A stretch of 64,000 bases of DNA from Cyanophyceae cyanobacterium. GTDB taxonomy: Bacteria; Cyanobacteriota; Cyanobacteriia; Cyanobacteriales; Laspinemataceae. The translations under genes were made by a program, and so were the position numbers. The notes under the pieces were generated by a model that searched no databases, was not told the origin of the DNA, and saw nothing but the letters and a program-made list of their open reading frames with translations. Numbering within the stretch: position 1 is the stretch's first letter; each line of letters starts with the position of its first letter. Location: the NCBI GenBank assembly GCA_038321985.1, contig JBBQFN010000011.1, positions 1 to 64,000 of the forward strand, read 5' to 3'. This document shows positions 10,347 to 21,700 of the stretch, in pieces.

Positions 10347-13022
10347 ATGACCACCCCATCAGAAACAGCAATGATGCTGAATCAAGCCTTAATCACCCTG
10401 ACTCCAGAAGAAACCCCCCAAACGCGGACAGAACAAGCCAAACTTGACCCCATCAAAACAGCAACCGGAGTCTACGTCTCCATTCACGGACATTTTTATC
10501 AGCCCCCGCGAGAAAATCCTTATTTAGATGCGATCGAAAGACAACCGAGTGCCTCGCCTTTTCATGACTGGAATGAGCGAATTTACCATGAATGCTATCG
10601 CCCCAATGCCTATGCCCGAGTCTTCGACGACTGCGGGGAAGTGGTGGGGATCGTTAATAACTATGAATATCTAAGTTTTAATATCGGTGCCACCTTAATG
10701 ACATGGCTGGAACGCTATGATATGGAGGTGTACAATCGCATCATTGAAGCCGATCGCAAAAGTGCACAGCGGCTCAACGGTCATGGCAATGCGATCGCTC
10801 AAGTCTACAACCACATTATCATCCCCCTGGCTAACGAACGGGATAAATATACCCAAATTCGCTGGGGCAAAGAAGACTTTCGTTCCCGCTTCGGACGGGA
10901 TCCCGAGGGAATGTGGTTAGCTGAAACGGCTGTAGACTACCCCACCCTCGAAGTCTTAATTGCCGAAGGCATTAAATTTATCATTCTCGCCCCCTCCCAA
11001 GCCCAACGCTGCCGCGTGATCCCCGCCGCAGAGGCTGAAACCGGCTGGATAGAAGTCGGAGGTGCACAAATTGATCCTACCCGCCCCTATCGGTGTTTTC
11101 TCCCCGACTCCGGAGACGGAACCGACCGCAAATCCATCGATATCTTCTTCTACGATGGTCCGATTTCGCGAGACATGGGCTTCGATGACTTACTCAACAA
11201 TTCCAATCATCTCCTGGGACGCTTAGGGCTCGCTATCCAAGGGGATGGCCGCCCCAGTCAGCTGCTTTCTGTAGCCACGGACGGCGAAACCTTCGGTCAC
11301 CACAAAGGCGGCACTGAAAAATGTCTCGCCTACGCCTTCGTGAACGAATTCCCCCAACATGGGTGGACGGTGACCAATTTTGCCCATTACCTGAGCATCA
11401 GTCCTCCCTCCTGGGAAGTTCAACTCAAACCCGTCACCGCTTGGAGTTGCGCTCATGGCGTCGATCGCTGGCAAGATGATTGTGGCTGTGGCGGGGGGGG
11501 TAGCTGGCATCAAAAATGGCGGCGTCCCCTGCGGGACTCTCTCGACTGGTTGCGCGATCGCCTCACGGATATCTACGAAGAACAAGGCCGGCACCTCTTC
11601 CTAGACCCCTGGCAAGCTAGAGATGAATATATCAAAATCGTCCGCGATCGCTCCTCTGAAAATATCGATTGCTTCTTCCGACATCATCAAATTCATCCCC
11701 TCACTCCCCTTGAACAAGTCGATGGGTTGCGCCTGCTGGAAATGCAGCGTCACAGCCTGCTGATGTACACGAGCTGCGGCTGGTTCTTTGAAGAACTCTC
11801 CCGCCCCGAAGGAGTCCAAATTCTCCGGTACGCCGCCCGGGCGATCGAACTCGCTGGGGATGTCGCCGGAGTCCAACTCGAAAAAGAATTTATCGCCCGT
11901 CTTGCCTTCGCACCCAGTAACGTTGATTCTTTTAAAGATGGCGCTGGGGTCTATCGGGATTTGGTTCAAACCGATCAAATTAGCTTAGAGCAAGTCGCCG
12001 CCCATTATGCCATTAGCGGACTCTTTACTAGCTATGGCCCCCAACATCGCGTCTACTGCTACGACGCCTATCAGCGGGATTACCAGTTGCAACGCATGGG
12101 TCCGCTGACGTTGGGAGTCGGACAACTTCAGCTTGTCTCAGAAATTACCCGAGAAAGTGTTGATTTAGTCTTTGCCGTACTCCATCTTGGCGGCTGGGAT
12201 TTCCATTGCAGCATTCAACCCTTCACCGGACGACGGGCCTATACTCAGATGAAAGAACATTTGTTTGGAGTCCTGGAAGAAGCGAGTGCCGCCCATGCCA
12301 TTCTGGCAATGAATGAGCATTTTGATGGGAAATCCTACAATTTACGCGACTTGTTTGCTGAGGAACGGCATCGGATCATGCGCCTGTTAAGTCAAGAAAC
12401 CTTGATGCGTCTAGATCAACTTTACAGTCAGGTTTACCGGGATAATTATGGGATCATGATGGGCTTCCATCGAGATGAGCTCCCGGTTCCGAAAGAGTTA
12501 CAAGTAGCCGCAGAGATTGCTTTGGGTCATCGCTGTATGGAGTCAGTCACGGGTTTAGAACAGGAACTCGGGATTGCCCAGGCCGATGGGCAGGTGATGT
12601 ACGCTCATTTAGGTGAATTAGAAGCGATCGCCACGGAAGCCGAACATACCCGTTGCCATCTCTACCTTCCTGAAGCCAAAGTAATTTTAGAACGGTCGAT
12701 CCTGCGATCGCTCTGGGACCTCCTCCACCCAGTCCAAGCAGAAATGCTAGAGGCGGATATCCAGCGTTTAGAACGCTTGATTGCCGTCGGCAAACGACTT
12801 AATCACGGCTTGTCCCTGGAACGCTCCCAAGAGTTATATTTCTATTGGCTCACGGGTCAACTTGATCGCCACAGTTTCCCCGCTTTAAATACTGAAATTG
12901 CCTCAGTATCTAGTGAATCTACCGCCATTTCTCATGGGGATACGGCCCAACTCCGTCGCCTCCTGTTATTGGGTCAAACTCTAGGGATTTATGTCACCCC
13001 GCAATTAGAACAGATTCGCTAA
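10347..13022 (+). CDS. Glycoside hydrolase family 57 protein with DUF3536 domain
   Basis: HGHFYQPPRENP, GMWLAETAVD, ATDGETFGHH, AWSCAHG and MYTSCGWFF motifs. Confidence 0.88.
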   Translation: MTTPSETAMMLNQALITLTPEETPQTRTEQAKLDPIKTATGVYVSIHGHFYQPPRENPYLDAIERQPSASPFHDWNERIYHECYRPNAYARVFDDCGEVVGIVNNYEYLSFNIGATLMTWLERYDMEVYNRIIEADRKSAQRLNGHGNAIAQVYNHIIIPLANERDKYTQIRWGKEDFRSRFGRDPEGMWLAETAVDYPTLEVLIAEGIKFIILAPSQAQRCRVIPAAEAETGWIEVGGAQIDPTRPYRCFLPDSGDGTDRKSIDIFFYDGPISRDMGFDDLLNNSNHLLGRLGLAIQGDGRPSQLLSVATDGETFGHHKGGTEKCLAYAFVNEFPQHGWTVTNFAHYLSISPPSWEVQLKPVTAWSCAHGVDRWQDDCGCGGGGSWHQKWRRPLRDSLDWLRDRLTDIYEEQGRHLFLDPWQARDEYIKIVRDRSSENIDCFFRHHQIHPLTPLEQVDGLRLLEMQRHSLLMYTSCGWFFEELSRPEGVQILRYAARAIELAGDVAGVQLEKEFIARLAFAPSNVDSFKDGAGVYRDLVQTDQISLEQVAAHYAISGLFTSYGPQHRVYCYDAYQRDYQLQRMGPLTLGVGQLQLVSEITRESVDLVFAVLHLGGWDFHCSIQPFTGRRAYTQMKEHLFGVLEEASAAHAILAMNEHFDGKSYNLRDLFAEERHRIMRLLSQETLMRLDQLYSQVYRDNYGIMMGFHRDELPVPKELQVAAEIALGHRCMESVTGLEQELGIAQADGQVMYAHLGELEAIATEAEHTRCHLYLPEAKVILERSILRSLWDLLHPVQAEMLEADIQRLERLIAVGKRLNHGLSLERSQELYFYWLTGQLDRHSFPALNTEIASVSSESTAISHGDTAQLRRLLLLGQTLGIYVTPQLEQIR

Positions 13023-13045
13023 TTCCCAGATTCCCATTTAATCTC

Positions 13046-13086
13046 ATAGCCTGCGCTCTCTATTCCAGGTAGCGTAGGCTATTTCT
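13046..13086 (+). terminator. Stem-loop terminator after the GH57 gene
   Basis: ATAGCCTGCGCT pairs with AGCGTAGGCTAT, followed by a T-rich tail. Confidence 0.6.
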
Positions 13087-13294
13087 ATTCTGGGGAAAGG
13101 AAACTCTATCTTTAGGTTCACAAAAGCATCAAATTCCCTCACCGAAGAATCTCACCCTCGGTAGATGAAGGCCCCGAGTTTTTCACTTAAATTAGACTCA
13201 GCAATCAATCAACGGTTTACAAACCACCTGAACTCGAAAAAACCTCTGCTGTCCGACTCGGGACTGAACCGCGATCGCCTTTGCTGGTGGGGGG

Positions 13295-13310
13295 TGTGAC
13301 TTCACTCACA
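13295..13310. promoter_or_regulatory. CRP-type binding site TGTGA-N6-TCACA
   Basis: TGTGA cttcac TCACA is a perfect consensus, about 100 nt upstream of the PEP-CTERM gene. Confidence 0.55.
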
Positions 13311-13413
13311 GTTTAAACCCGATCACAAACACGAAACCGCAGTGAGTAACCCTAACGACAATTGAGTGATTTTATAAGATTCTGATAATAGCAGCTCGTA
13401 CTAAAGAAATGGA

Positions 13414-13713
13414 ATGAAGTCAAAGATGTTTTTAAAACTAGCTCTGGGATTGGTCTCTATATCTGTAGTTCAAATTGGACTAAGTGGGTTGGCACCCGTA
13501 TCCGCGGCTCCGTCAGACCTTTACAATCCGCATCAAAATACCGGACTGAACTGCTCTGAAACGGATCAGTGCACCTTAATGGGGTCGAGAAGCCTAGAGT
13601 GGGAAGCACCAACCGCCAAAAAAATTCCCGAACCCGGCATGGTTACCGCAGTCCTCTTCTCGGGTGTCGGAATCCTGTCCTCCCAAAAAAGACGCCCCGT
13701 CGCAGACAAGTAG
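13414..13713 (+). CDS. Small PEP-CTERM sorting-domain protein
   Basis: Signal peptide (...APVSA/A), then IPEPG, a hydrophobic helix and a basic KRR tail. Confidence 0.8.
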   Translation: MKSKMFLKLALGLVSISVVQIGLSGLAPVSAAPSDLYNPHQNTGLNCSETDQCTLMGSRSLEWEAPTAKKIPEPGMVTAVLFSGVGILSSQKRRPVADK

Positions 13714-14059
13714 ATTCAACTGAACGCAGAACGTAATATAATTGGTCCGGACCCTCAACCTGTTATCTTGGTGCATTCCCTTTTTCATCAACAAGTCTGG
13801 TCACTCTCTCCAAACCCAGATCTTAAGGAATTTTCAAGTTTTAAATTATCCACCGTAGCGATCGCCTCCTCATAGAGCGTTCCGGTTTACCCAGAAATAG
13901 GGGATAATTTTTGTCATGACTATTCCTAAGCTGTGTTTTATACTCCATATCAATAGACCTCTTGCAAAATTCTAAAAAGCCCTCCTTAATCCGGGGGGTT
14001 GGGGGGATTAATCCTTTTTTTTGCAAGAGGTCTAATATCCCCTTTTCAAAATTGTGATT

Positions 14060-15214
14060 ATGCCCGATCCTATTTCGCTCTTGCGCGGTGCTAAACGGAA
14101 AACCTTGGACCAACTGCGCTCGTGGTTAAATCGCTCGGCTCCAAAATCTTTTGGTCCCACTGGATTAGCACGAGACTGGATTAGTTATCAAAATTATTGT
14201 CAACAAGAGGGAACATGGCATCCTGTTTATCCCAGTTTGTCTTGCGATTGGGATCGGACCCAGACTCATAATTGGGGTAAACAGTCCGTTGATTTTACTA
14301 AGAATCTGCGATCGCAGATTCCCGAAACAGGAGTGATTGAAATCCCCAAAGGTCAGGTGATGGATATTCAGGGTTATACCTTCACGAGCAACAATTTCTT
14401 TCTCCCTGACCTATCTTATCATCGTAATCGACTAGAGGATGCTCATTTACCTCCTCAAAAATATCCCATTGAACCTGTTAGGGGAACTTGTTTCTCGTTA
14501 ATGACTAATGCCTCCAATAATTACTGTCATTTTTTGTTAGACGCATTACCCCGTCTGCACCTATTTGAGAAAGCAGGATTTAGTTTAGAGGAGGTAGATT
14601 GGATTTTAGCTCCTAAACCGATTTCAGAAAACGCTTGGAATATCTTTAGAGAACTGGGAATTGATGAGTCTAAATGTATTTGGTCTGAGCGTCAACGAGG
14701 AATCCAACCTGATCTTTTAATTGCAACAACTCACCCGGGGTTACAGGCGCATTATCCTCGTTGGGTTGTAGATTTTATGCAGCAGCGTATTAAACTCAAG
14801 CCGAGTCAGCCTCAACGGCGTTTGTACATACCTCGTCAAACAGGGACTCGCAAAATTGCGAATGAGCCAGAACTCTACCCTCTGCTCGAAGAATATGGCT
14901 TTGAATTATATAATCCTGATCAAGAACCCAATCAACCTCAAGTGTTTCATGATGCGGCTATTATTGTTGCCCCTCATGGAGCGGCTCTTACGAATCTGGT
15001 TTTCTGTCAACCCAGAACAAAGGTCTTAGAATTGATGTCCCTTGGGCATTTAAGACCCTATTTTTTTGCCCTGTCTCAGGTAATGGGTTTGGAGCATCAC
15101 TACCTTGTGGGTCCCACAACACAACCCCTACAGAAAAATCCCGGTTTATGTAAGTTTGACTTTACAGTTGATCTATCTTTACTCCGTAAAGCGTTAGCTT
15201 ACTTAGTGAAATAA
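14060..15214 (+). CDS. Glycosyltransferase family 61 (DUF563) protein
   Basis: NYCHFLLDALPRL, RRLYIPR, RKIANE and APHGAALTNLVF motifs. ATG at 14060; the track start is GTG at 14054. Confidence 0.85.
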   Translation: MPDPISLLRGAKRKTLDQLRSWLNRSAPKSFGPTGLARDWISYQNYCQQEGTWHPVYPSLSCDWDRTQTHNWGKQSVDFTKNLRSQIPETGVIEIPKGQVMDIQGYTFTSNNFFLPDLSYHRNRLEDAHLPPQKYPIEPVRGTCFSLMTNASNNYCHFLLDALPRLHLFEKAGFSLEEVDWILAPKPISENAWNIFRELGIDESKCIWSERQRGIQPDLLIATTHPGLQAHYPRWVVDFMQQRIKLKPSQPQRRLYIPRQTGTRKIANEPELYPLLEEYGFELYNPDQEPNQPQVFHDAAIIVAPHGAALTNLVFCQPRTKVLELMSLGHLRPYFFALSQVMGLEHHYLVGPTTQPLQKNPGLCKFDFTVDLSLLRKALAYLVK

Positions 15215-15342
15215 ACCCCCTCTAGCATTTTGAAAGTGTTTGAGTTAGAAGAGGTAAAAGGTCTATAAAGTAAGAAAAACTGTTGAAGAGTCTCAAGGGC
15301 TGCGGCATAGTATTCTTCAGCATCGACTGGTTTAGCCGCCAT
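15199..15342 (-). CDS. Putative 47-aa small protein MAAKPVDAEEYYAAALETLQQFFLLYRPFTSSNSNTFKMLEGVYFTK
   Basis: ATG preceded by GAGGAG with 7-nt spacing. Below the ORF-track cutoff; no family recognised. Confidence 0.3.
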   Translation of the reverse strand: MAAKPVDAEEYYAAALETLQQFFLLYRPFTSSNSNTFKMLEGVYFTK

Positions 15343-15652
15343 AATGATCTCCTCTGGGGTGGCCTTTTCTTTTTTGCTATATAGCCATCTTAAATCAGTC
15401 GTTTAAGGTTTTTTTTGATTCTTTTGTAGTGCCAGCATCTTGCTCGCTAATTTATTTAAAAATCATTTAGGATGGCCATAGGCGATATTATAGGCAATGG
15501 TGTTATCCCTGTTCTGTCACAGGGGGAAACTCTTATCTGGACTGATAACCCCTCAGCCAAATCAAGCAACAGGTCGGTCTTTAAGAATGATATAATCAAA
15601 AAACTGAACACCCAGGCTGCACCCACTTTAACTTTTAAAATAAACAAGGGAT

Positions 15653-16519
15653 ATGACTGGTTCTTTAGCTCAAAATGCGATCTCACTCCTCATCGAGTTG
15701 GCACAAACTGGAGAAATAGATCCCTGGGATGTCCAAGTGATTGAGGTAATTGACCGATATCTCAGCAAACTGGCTCAAGTTCACGAAGCGGGTAGAGTAG
15801 AGCGGGAAGCGGCTTTATCCGAGACAGGACAGGCATTTTTGTACGCCTCCATGCTGGTTTTGCTGAAAGCTGATGCTCTGGCGCGTTCAGAATCCCTGAT
15901 TGATGACCCGAATTCCTCAGATGCAGAAGAGGCAGAACTTTTGGATCCGATGGATGAGGAAGGTTCGGGGGGGAATATTCCCCGACAGCTAGAACTTCAA
16001 CTCAAACGCCGTGCGGTGGCACCCACACCTAAAAAACGGCGGGTTACCCTTCAAGAGTTGATTGAGCAGTTGCAGTTGATGTCAATGGCGATCGAAACGC
16101 CGCCACGCCGTCGTGCAAAACGACATGGCGCATCAAAATCCACGGCGAGTACGGTTCGGGCGCTGACGGAGTTAGCGGACCAAGAAAATATCTCGGAAGT
16201 GGCCGATCGCCTCACTCGATTTTTGTTGGCCTACGCGGAAAAACTGGATATCTGTGAACCCTGGTTAGAATTGGAGGCACTTTTAAAAGGGTTGATAGAC
16301 CAGCGAGGCGATCGCCCCTCTGGAGAATCCCCTGATCTCCAGTCCCTCCCAACTTCCCATGACCGAGTGGGGGTCTTTTCTGCACTGCTGTTGTTATCGG
16401 CCCAGTCTAAGGTGGAACTGTCTCAAGAACAATTCTACGGAGACCTGAAAATTCGGGCGATCGCCGACCCGGTGCCCGTAGACAACCCTCCACCTTTAAA
16501 CACCGAAATGGTTTCCTAG
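15653..16519 (+). CDS. scpA: Segregation and condensation protein A (kleisin)
   Basis: GEIDPWDVQVIEVIDRYL, AFLYASMLVLLKA and C-terminal FSALLLLS..KVELSQEQFYGDL. Confidence 0.88.
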   Translation: MTGSLAQNAISLLIELAQTGEIDPWDVQVIEVIDRYLSKLAQVHEAGRVEREAALSETGQAFLYASMLVLLKADALARSESLIDDPNSSDAEEAELLDPMDEEGSGGNIPRQLELQLKRRAVAPTPKKRRVTLQELIEQLQLMSMAIETPPRRRAKRHGASKSTASTVRALTELADQENISEVADRLTRFLLAYAEKLDICEPWLELEALLKGLIDQRGDRPSGESPDLQSLPTSHDRVGVFSALLLLSAQSKVELSQEQFYGDLKIRAIADPVPVDNPPPLNTEMVS

Positions 16520-16677
16520 CATTGGGATTCACCCCCACTCGGTACTGATCACGGAACGGAAAACCCTTGAATGGACCTTCAGTTCCTGAGCAACTCCATA
16601 AAGATAACAACTTTTTGCAATTTCAAAACATTAATTCGTTAAAATTGATAGGCTAAAAGCCTAAGAGAAAAAGATCT

Positions 16678-17847
16678 ATGAAAGCCATGATTCTGGCAGC
16701 GGGTAAGGGTACCCGAGTTCGTCCGATCACATACACCACCCCCAAACCGATGATTCCCATCCTGCAAAAGCCAGTGATGGAGTTTTTAGTGGAATTGCTT
16801 CGCCAGCATGGTTTTAACCAAATCATGGTCAACGTTAGCCACCTCGCCAACGAAATCGAAAACTATTTCCGCGATGGACAAAGATTTGGCGTTGAAATTG
16901 GCTATTCCTTTGAAGGGCGGATTGTCGAGGGCGAACTCGTCGGAGAGGCGATCGGAAGTGCGGGGGGCATGAAACGTATCCAAGACTTTAACCCCTTTTT
17001 CGATGATACCTTTGTCGTGCTTTGTGGTGATGCCTTAATTGATCTGGACTTGACGGAAGCCGTCCGGTGGCACAAAGAAAAAGGCTCGATCGCCACAATC
17101 GTTATGAAATCTGTCCCCCGGAATGAAGTATCCAGTTATGGGGTTATTGTCACAGACGAAACGGGCCGCGTTAAGCAGTTCCAAGAAAAACCGTCCGTAG
17201 AAGAAGCCATCAGCACCAACATTAACACGGGTATTTATATTTTTGAGCCTGAAGTATTGAATTACATCCCTTCAGGCAAAGAATATGATATCGGCGGTCA
17301 ACTCTTCCCGCAACTGGTAGAAATGGGTGCTCCCTTCTATGGGATTGCGATGGATTTTCAATGGGTGGATATTGGGAAAGTGCCGGATTATTGGCGAGCA
17401 ATTCGAGGGGTGTTAACCGGAGAAATCAAAAACGTATCGATTCCTGGCAAAGAGGTGATTCCCGGCGTTTACACCGGTTTAAATGTCTCGGTTAACTTTG
17501 ATAAAGTGGATATTAAAGGCCCGGTGTACATTGGAGCCATGACTCAAATTGAAGATGGAGCCAAAATTATTGGACCGGCGATGATCGGGCCAAGTTGCCG
17601 AATTTGTAGGGGTGCAACCGTAGACAATAGCGTAATTTTTGAATATTCTCGATTAGGTCCAGGAGTGCGTTTAGTTGACAAGCTGGTGTTTGGGCGCTAC
17701 TGCGTAGATAAAACCGGGGCCTCGATTGATGTCCAAGCAGCAGCCCTCGATTGGTTAATTACAGACACTCGTCAAGCGATTCCCGTGAATACCCCAGAGG
17801 AAGGCAGGGCGATCGCCGAACTCCTCGAAAGCGAAGGTCGCTCCTAG
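16678..17847 (+). CDS. cugP: NDP-sugar pyrophosphorylase, CugP-type UDP-glucose pyrophosphorylase (mannose-1-P guanylyltransferase-like fold)
   Basis: MKAMILAAGKGTRVRPIT, PKPMIP and FQEKP motifs, with a C-terminal left-handed beta-helix. Confidence 0.8.
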   Translation: MKAMILAAGKGTRVRPITYTTPKPMIPILQKPVMEFLVELLRQHGFNQIMVNVSHLANEIENYFRDGQRFGVEIGYSFEGRIVEGELVGEAIGSAGGMKRIQDFNPFFDDTFVVLCGDALIDLDLTEAVRWHKEKGSIATIVMKSVPRNEVSSYGVIVTDETGRVKQFQEKPSVEEAISTNINTGIYIFEPEVLNYIPSGKEYDIGGQLFPQLVEMGAPFYGIAMDFQWVDIGKVPDYWRAIRGVLTGEIKNVSIPGKEVIPGVYTGLNVSVNFDKVDIKGPVYIGAMTQIEDGAKIIGPAMIGPSCRICRGATVDNSVIFEYSRLGPGVRLVDKLVFGRYCVDKTGASIDVQAAALDWLITDTRQAIPVNTPEEGRAIAELLESEGRS

Positions 17848-18587
17848 CATCGGTCCAGCCAGAAACCGGGTTCTAAAATGACAACCCTGGATTTCATCTT
17901 CAACAAGGGGTAGAACCCGGTTTTGGTTCCTCTACCCCTTGTTTGTCTCTACTGATCCTCTAGGGTCTTGATCTTTCCCCGAGTCCTCCCCTCCCTCCTC
18001 CTTGGGAATGGCTCGGATAGTCCAGGGCATAAGCCGATTTCTGCGGGTTTCCCACTTAGCTTTTTTTGGGCTTCAGTCCCACGAATGAAGGGTCAGACGA
18101 AGCATTCCTTCCCAAATTCCCCTACTTTTACCTTCGGTTAAATCCTATTTTTGCCGGCGAAATCCTGGCTGTTGCGTAAGTTTACAGGGATTTAAATTTT
18201 TGGAATCTGTTAACAATTGTAAAAAGCTAACTTTTAGACTGATATAAGTTTAAACTTAAATAAGAATATGCCCGGTTTGGTTACCACCCATTTTACCCCT
18301 ATGAAGCCCGTGATTTGCCACGTTCGTCTTGGGGCAGTCGGTCAAAGCAAAGCTCAAATTCATTCTGATCCCTAGGGGCATAATCCCATAAAAAAATTGT
18401 ACAATAGGACAGACTCTTAAATAGCAAGATTAGTTAAATTCCTCTTTTCTCTAAAAGAATAGGCAGGAAACCGGTTGCTCCCAGCTTTTGTCTGTTTGTC
18501 AACCGTACAATTCCTGAACTTTTTAGCCCTAGGTTTTTAATCCCGTGAAACCGACTGACTTAATCGGATAGCAGCCGCCCAAAAATC

Positions 18588-18633
18588 AGGAGAATTACGC
18601 TAAAGATTTAAGGAGAATTACGCTAAAAATTTA
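18588..18633 (+). repeat. Tandem 23-bp direct repeat, 2 copies
   Basis: AGGAGAATTACGCTAAAGATTTA followed by AGGAGAATTACGCTAAAAATTTA (1 mismatch). Confidence 0.9.
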
Positions 18634-18723
18634 GGATTAGTCCCCTATTCCCCTCTCTAATCAGCCAGGGTAGCTGGTACGGACCCGGAAGAGATATTAC
18701 CTATAGCAGGAACAAAAAATAAA

Positions 18724-21700
18724 ATGCATTATATTGAATTGCCGGGTTATCAAATCTGCGAAGAAGTTCAAGCCGGGGTCAAAAACATGGTCTATCGAGG
18801 GGTTAAACAACCCCACAAAACCCCCGTTATTATCAAATTTCTCAAGGCAGAATATCCTACTCTTGCAGAAATCACCCGCCTGCGACATGAATATAAAATC
18901 ACAGAAAATCTGCACTTAGATGGAATCATCAAAACCTATAGCCTGGAACCTTATAAAAAAGGATATGCCTTGGTAGTAGAAGATATGGGGGGAAAATCCC
19001 TCAATCATTTACTGGAATCCCAGAGTCTATCTATTTTAGAGTGCCTAAAAATAGGATCTCAACTCGCCCAAGCCCTGGGAGAACTGCACCAGAATCAGAT
19101 TATTCACAAAGATATTAAGCCCTCTAATATTATCATTCATCCCGAAACTCAAAAAGTTAAAATTACCGATTTCAATATCTCTACTCGACTAGCCCGAGAA
19201 ACCTATCAAAGCAGTAATCCGAACCAGATAGAAGGAACTCTTAACTATATGTCCCCGGAGCAAACCGGGCGGATGAATCGTTCTCTCGACTACCGTACCG
19301 ACTTTTATTCCCTGGGCGTCACTTTTTATCAAATGCTAACGGGGAAATTACCCTTTGAATCCAATGATCCGCTCAAATTAATTCACTGTCATATTGCCGT
19401 AAAACCTGTTGCTCCCCATCACCTTGACGAAAACATTCCCGAGGCAGTTTCGGCGATCGCCCTGAAACTGATGGCGAAAAATGCTGAGGACCGATACCAA
19501 AGTGCAGAAGGATTAAAAGCTGACCTTGACACTTGTCTCCATCAACTCATCCATACTGGAAAAATTGACTATTTTCCAACAGGAACCCTGGATAAATCCG
19601 GACAGTTTTTGATTCCTGAAAAACTTTATGGACGGGAAGCAGAAGTTGCTCAATTATTGGCAGCCTTTGAGCGAATTGCAGGTCATAGCGCTGAATCTGA
19701 CCAACAACCGAATCCTGAAATAATCATGGTTTCCGGTTATTCCGGCATTGGTAAAACCCGAGCCATCAATGAAATTCATAAACCTATTGTGGGGGCGTGC
19801 GGATACTTTATTTCCGGCAAATTCGACCAATTACAGCGCCATGTTCCCTATTCCGCGATTTCTCAAGCCTTTTTAAAATTAACGCACCAGATTCTCACGG
19901 AAACTTCAGAGCAACTTCACGAATGGCAAGAAAAACTCCAGGCTGCATTAGGAGAAAATGCCCAAGTCATCATTGATGTGATTCCGGAACTGGAACAAAT
20001 TATTGGCCCTCAGCCCACGGCTCCAGACCTAGGACCTACAGAAACCCAAAACCGATTTAATCGAGTTTTTCAAAAGTTTATCCGAGTTTTTAGCCAAAAA
20101 GCACATCCTCTGGTTGTATTTTTGGATGATTTGCAATGGGCCGATTCAGCTTCTTTAAAGCTAATTGAAAAGGTGATGAGCGATTCGGAAAGCCAATCCC
20201 TGCTTTTAGTGGGAGCTTATCGGGATAACGAAGTTTCGCCCCTCCATCCAACCATTCAAACGTTAGAAAAAATCAAGCAAGCGGGGACAATTATTAATGA
20301 TATTGTCCTCACGCCATTAGAACTTTCTCACGTCCTCCAATTAGTGGGGGATGCGTTAGGGGGAATAGAATCACCGGAAATTTTAGCCCTGGCGAAGCTG
20401 CTTTATCACAAAACCGGAGGCAATCCGTTTTTCTTGACGCAGTTGCTGCAAACCTTGTATGCAGAAAAATTAATAAAGTTTAATTTTGCTACGGGTAGAT
20501 GGCAGTGGAGTCTCGAACAGATTCAATCGAGAGGTGTTACCGATTGTAATGTGGTGGAATTAGTAGCCCGCAATCTACAAACCCTACCGGAATTGACCCA
20601 GCAGGTGTTAAAGTTAGCTGCCTGTATTGGCAATCAGTTTAACTTAGAGGTCCTGGCGATCGTTAATGAAACCTCTCCAGAAGAGACAGCAGCGCAGTTA
20701 TGGGAGGCACTTCAGGCGGGTTTGATTTTACCTAGTTCGGAAGCCTATAAAATTCCGCTGTTTGGGGATGATTCATTCCAGGGCAGAGGGGAAATTGGTC
20801 TCGATGAATCCGTCACGATCGCTTATAAATTTTTGCACGATCGCGTCCAACAATCGGCCTATTCTCTGATTCCTGAAGCGTCCAAAAAAGAGACTCATCT
20901 CAAGATTGGTCAATTGCTGCTCAAAGCTACGACGGAAGAAGGGATTGAAGCAATTATTTTCGATTTGGTAAACCAACTCAACGTAGCCATCGATCTAATC
21001 AGCAGTCCCCGTGAACAATATCAACTCGCTCGCTTAAATCTGATTGCCACACAGAAAGCTAAAGCGGCGATCGCTTATGAAGCAGCCCTTCAATATGTCA
21101 CCGTCGGATTAAAACTCCTCTCCTCTGAGAGTTGGACACAGGACTATCTCCTCACCTTCTCTCTCTCTCTCCAAGCCGTAGAACTAGAATATTTAAACGC
21201 CAACTTTGAGGAAGCAGGAACCCTCCTACAATTGGCCCTAGCCCAGGCCCTTTTACCCCTCGATCGCGTCCAGTTTTGCGAACTGCAAATGCAGATTTAT
21301 ATCGCGCAACTGCAAATGCTTCCTGCGATCGACCAGGGACTAGAACTCTTAAAACTTTTGGGGGTGGAACTTCTCGCACTCCAGCCCGAGGATAGCTTAG
21401 TCATTCCCCTTCCGTCCCTGAGTGAATTAGAAAAAATCCCCTCTCTTACAGACCCCTATAAACTTTCGGCCTTGCGGATTTTAACCACCCTTTGCGCCCC
21501 GATTTTCTTTGCTAAACCGCAGATGTTTCCTGAGACTATTTTAACAATGGTCCAGTTCTGTATTAAAGAAGGAAACTCCGGATTAGCGGCGTTTGCTTAT
21601 GGCTTTTATGGCTTATTTTTATCGGGTTTAGGAGAAATTGATGCCGGATATCATTCGGGGCAGATTGCCTTAAAACTGCTCGAAGAATTTAATGCCAAAC

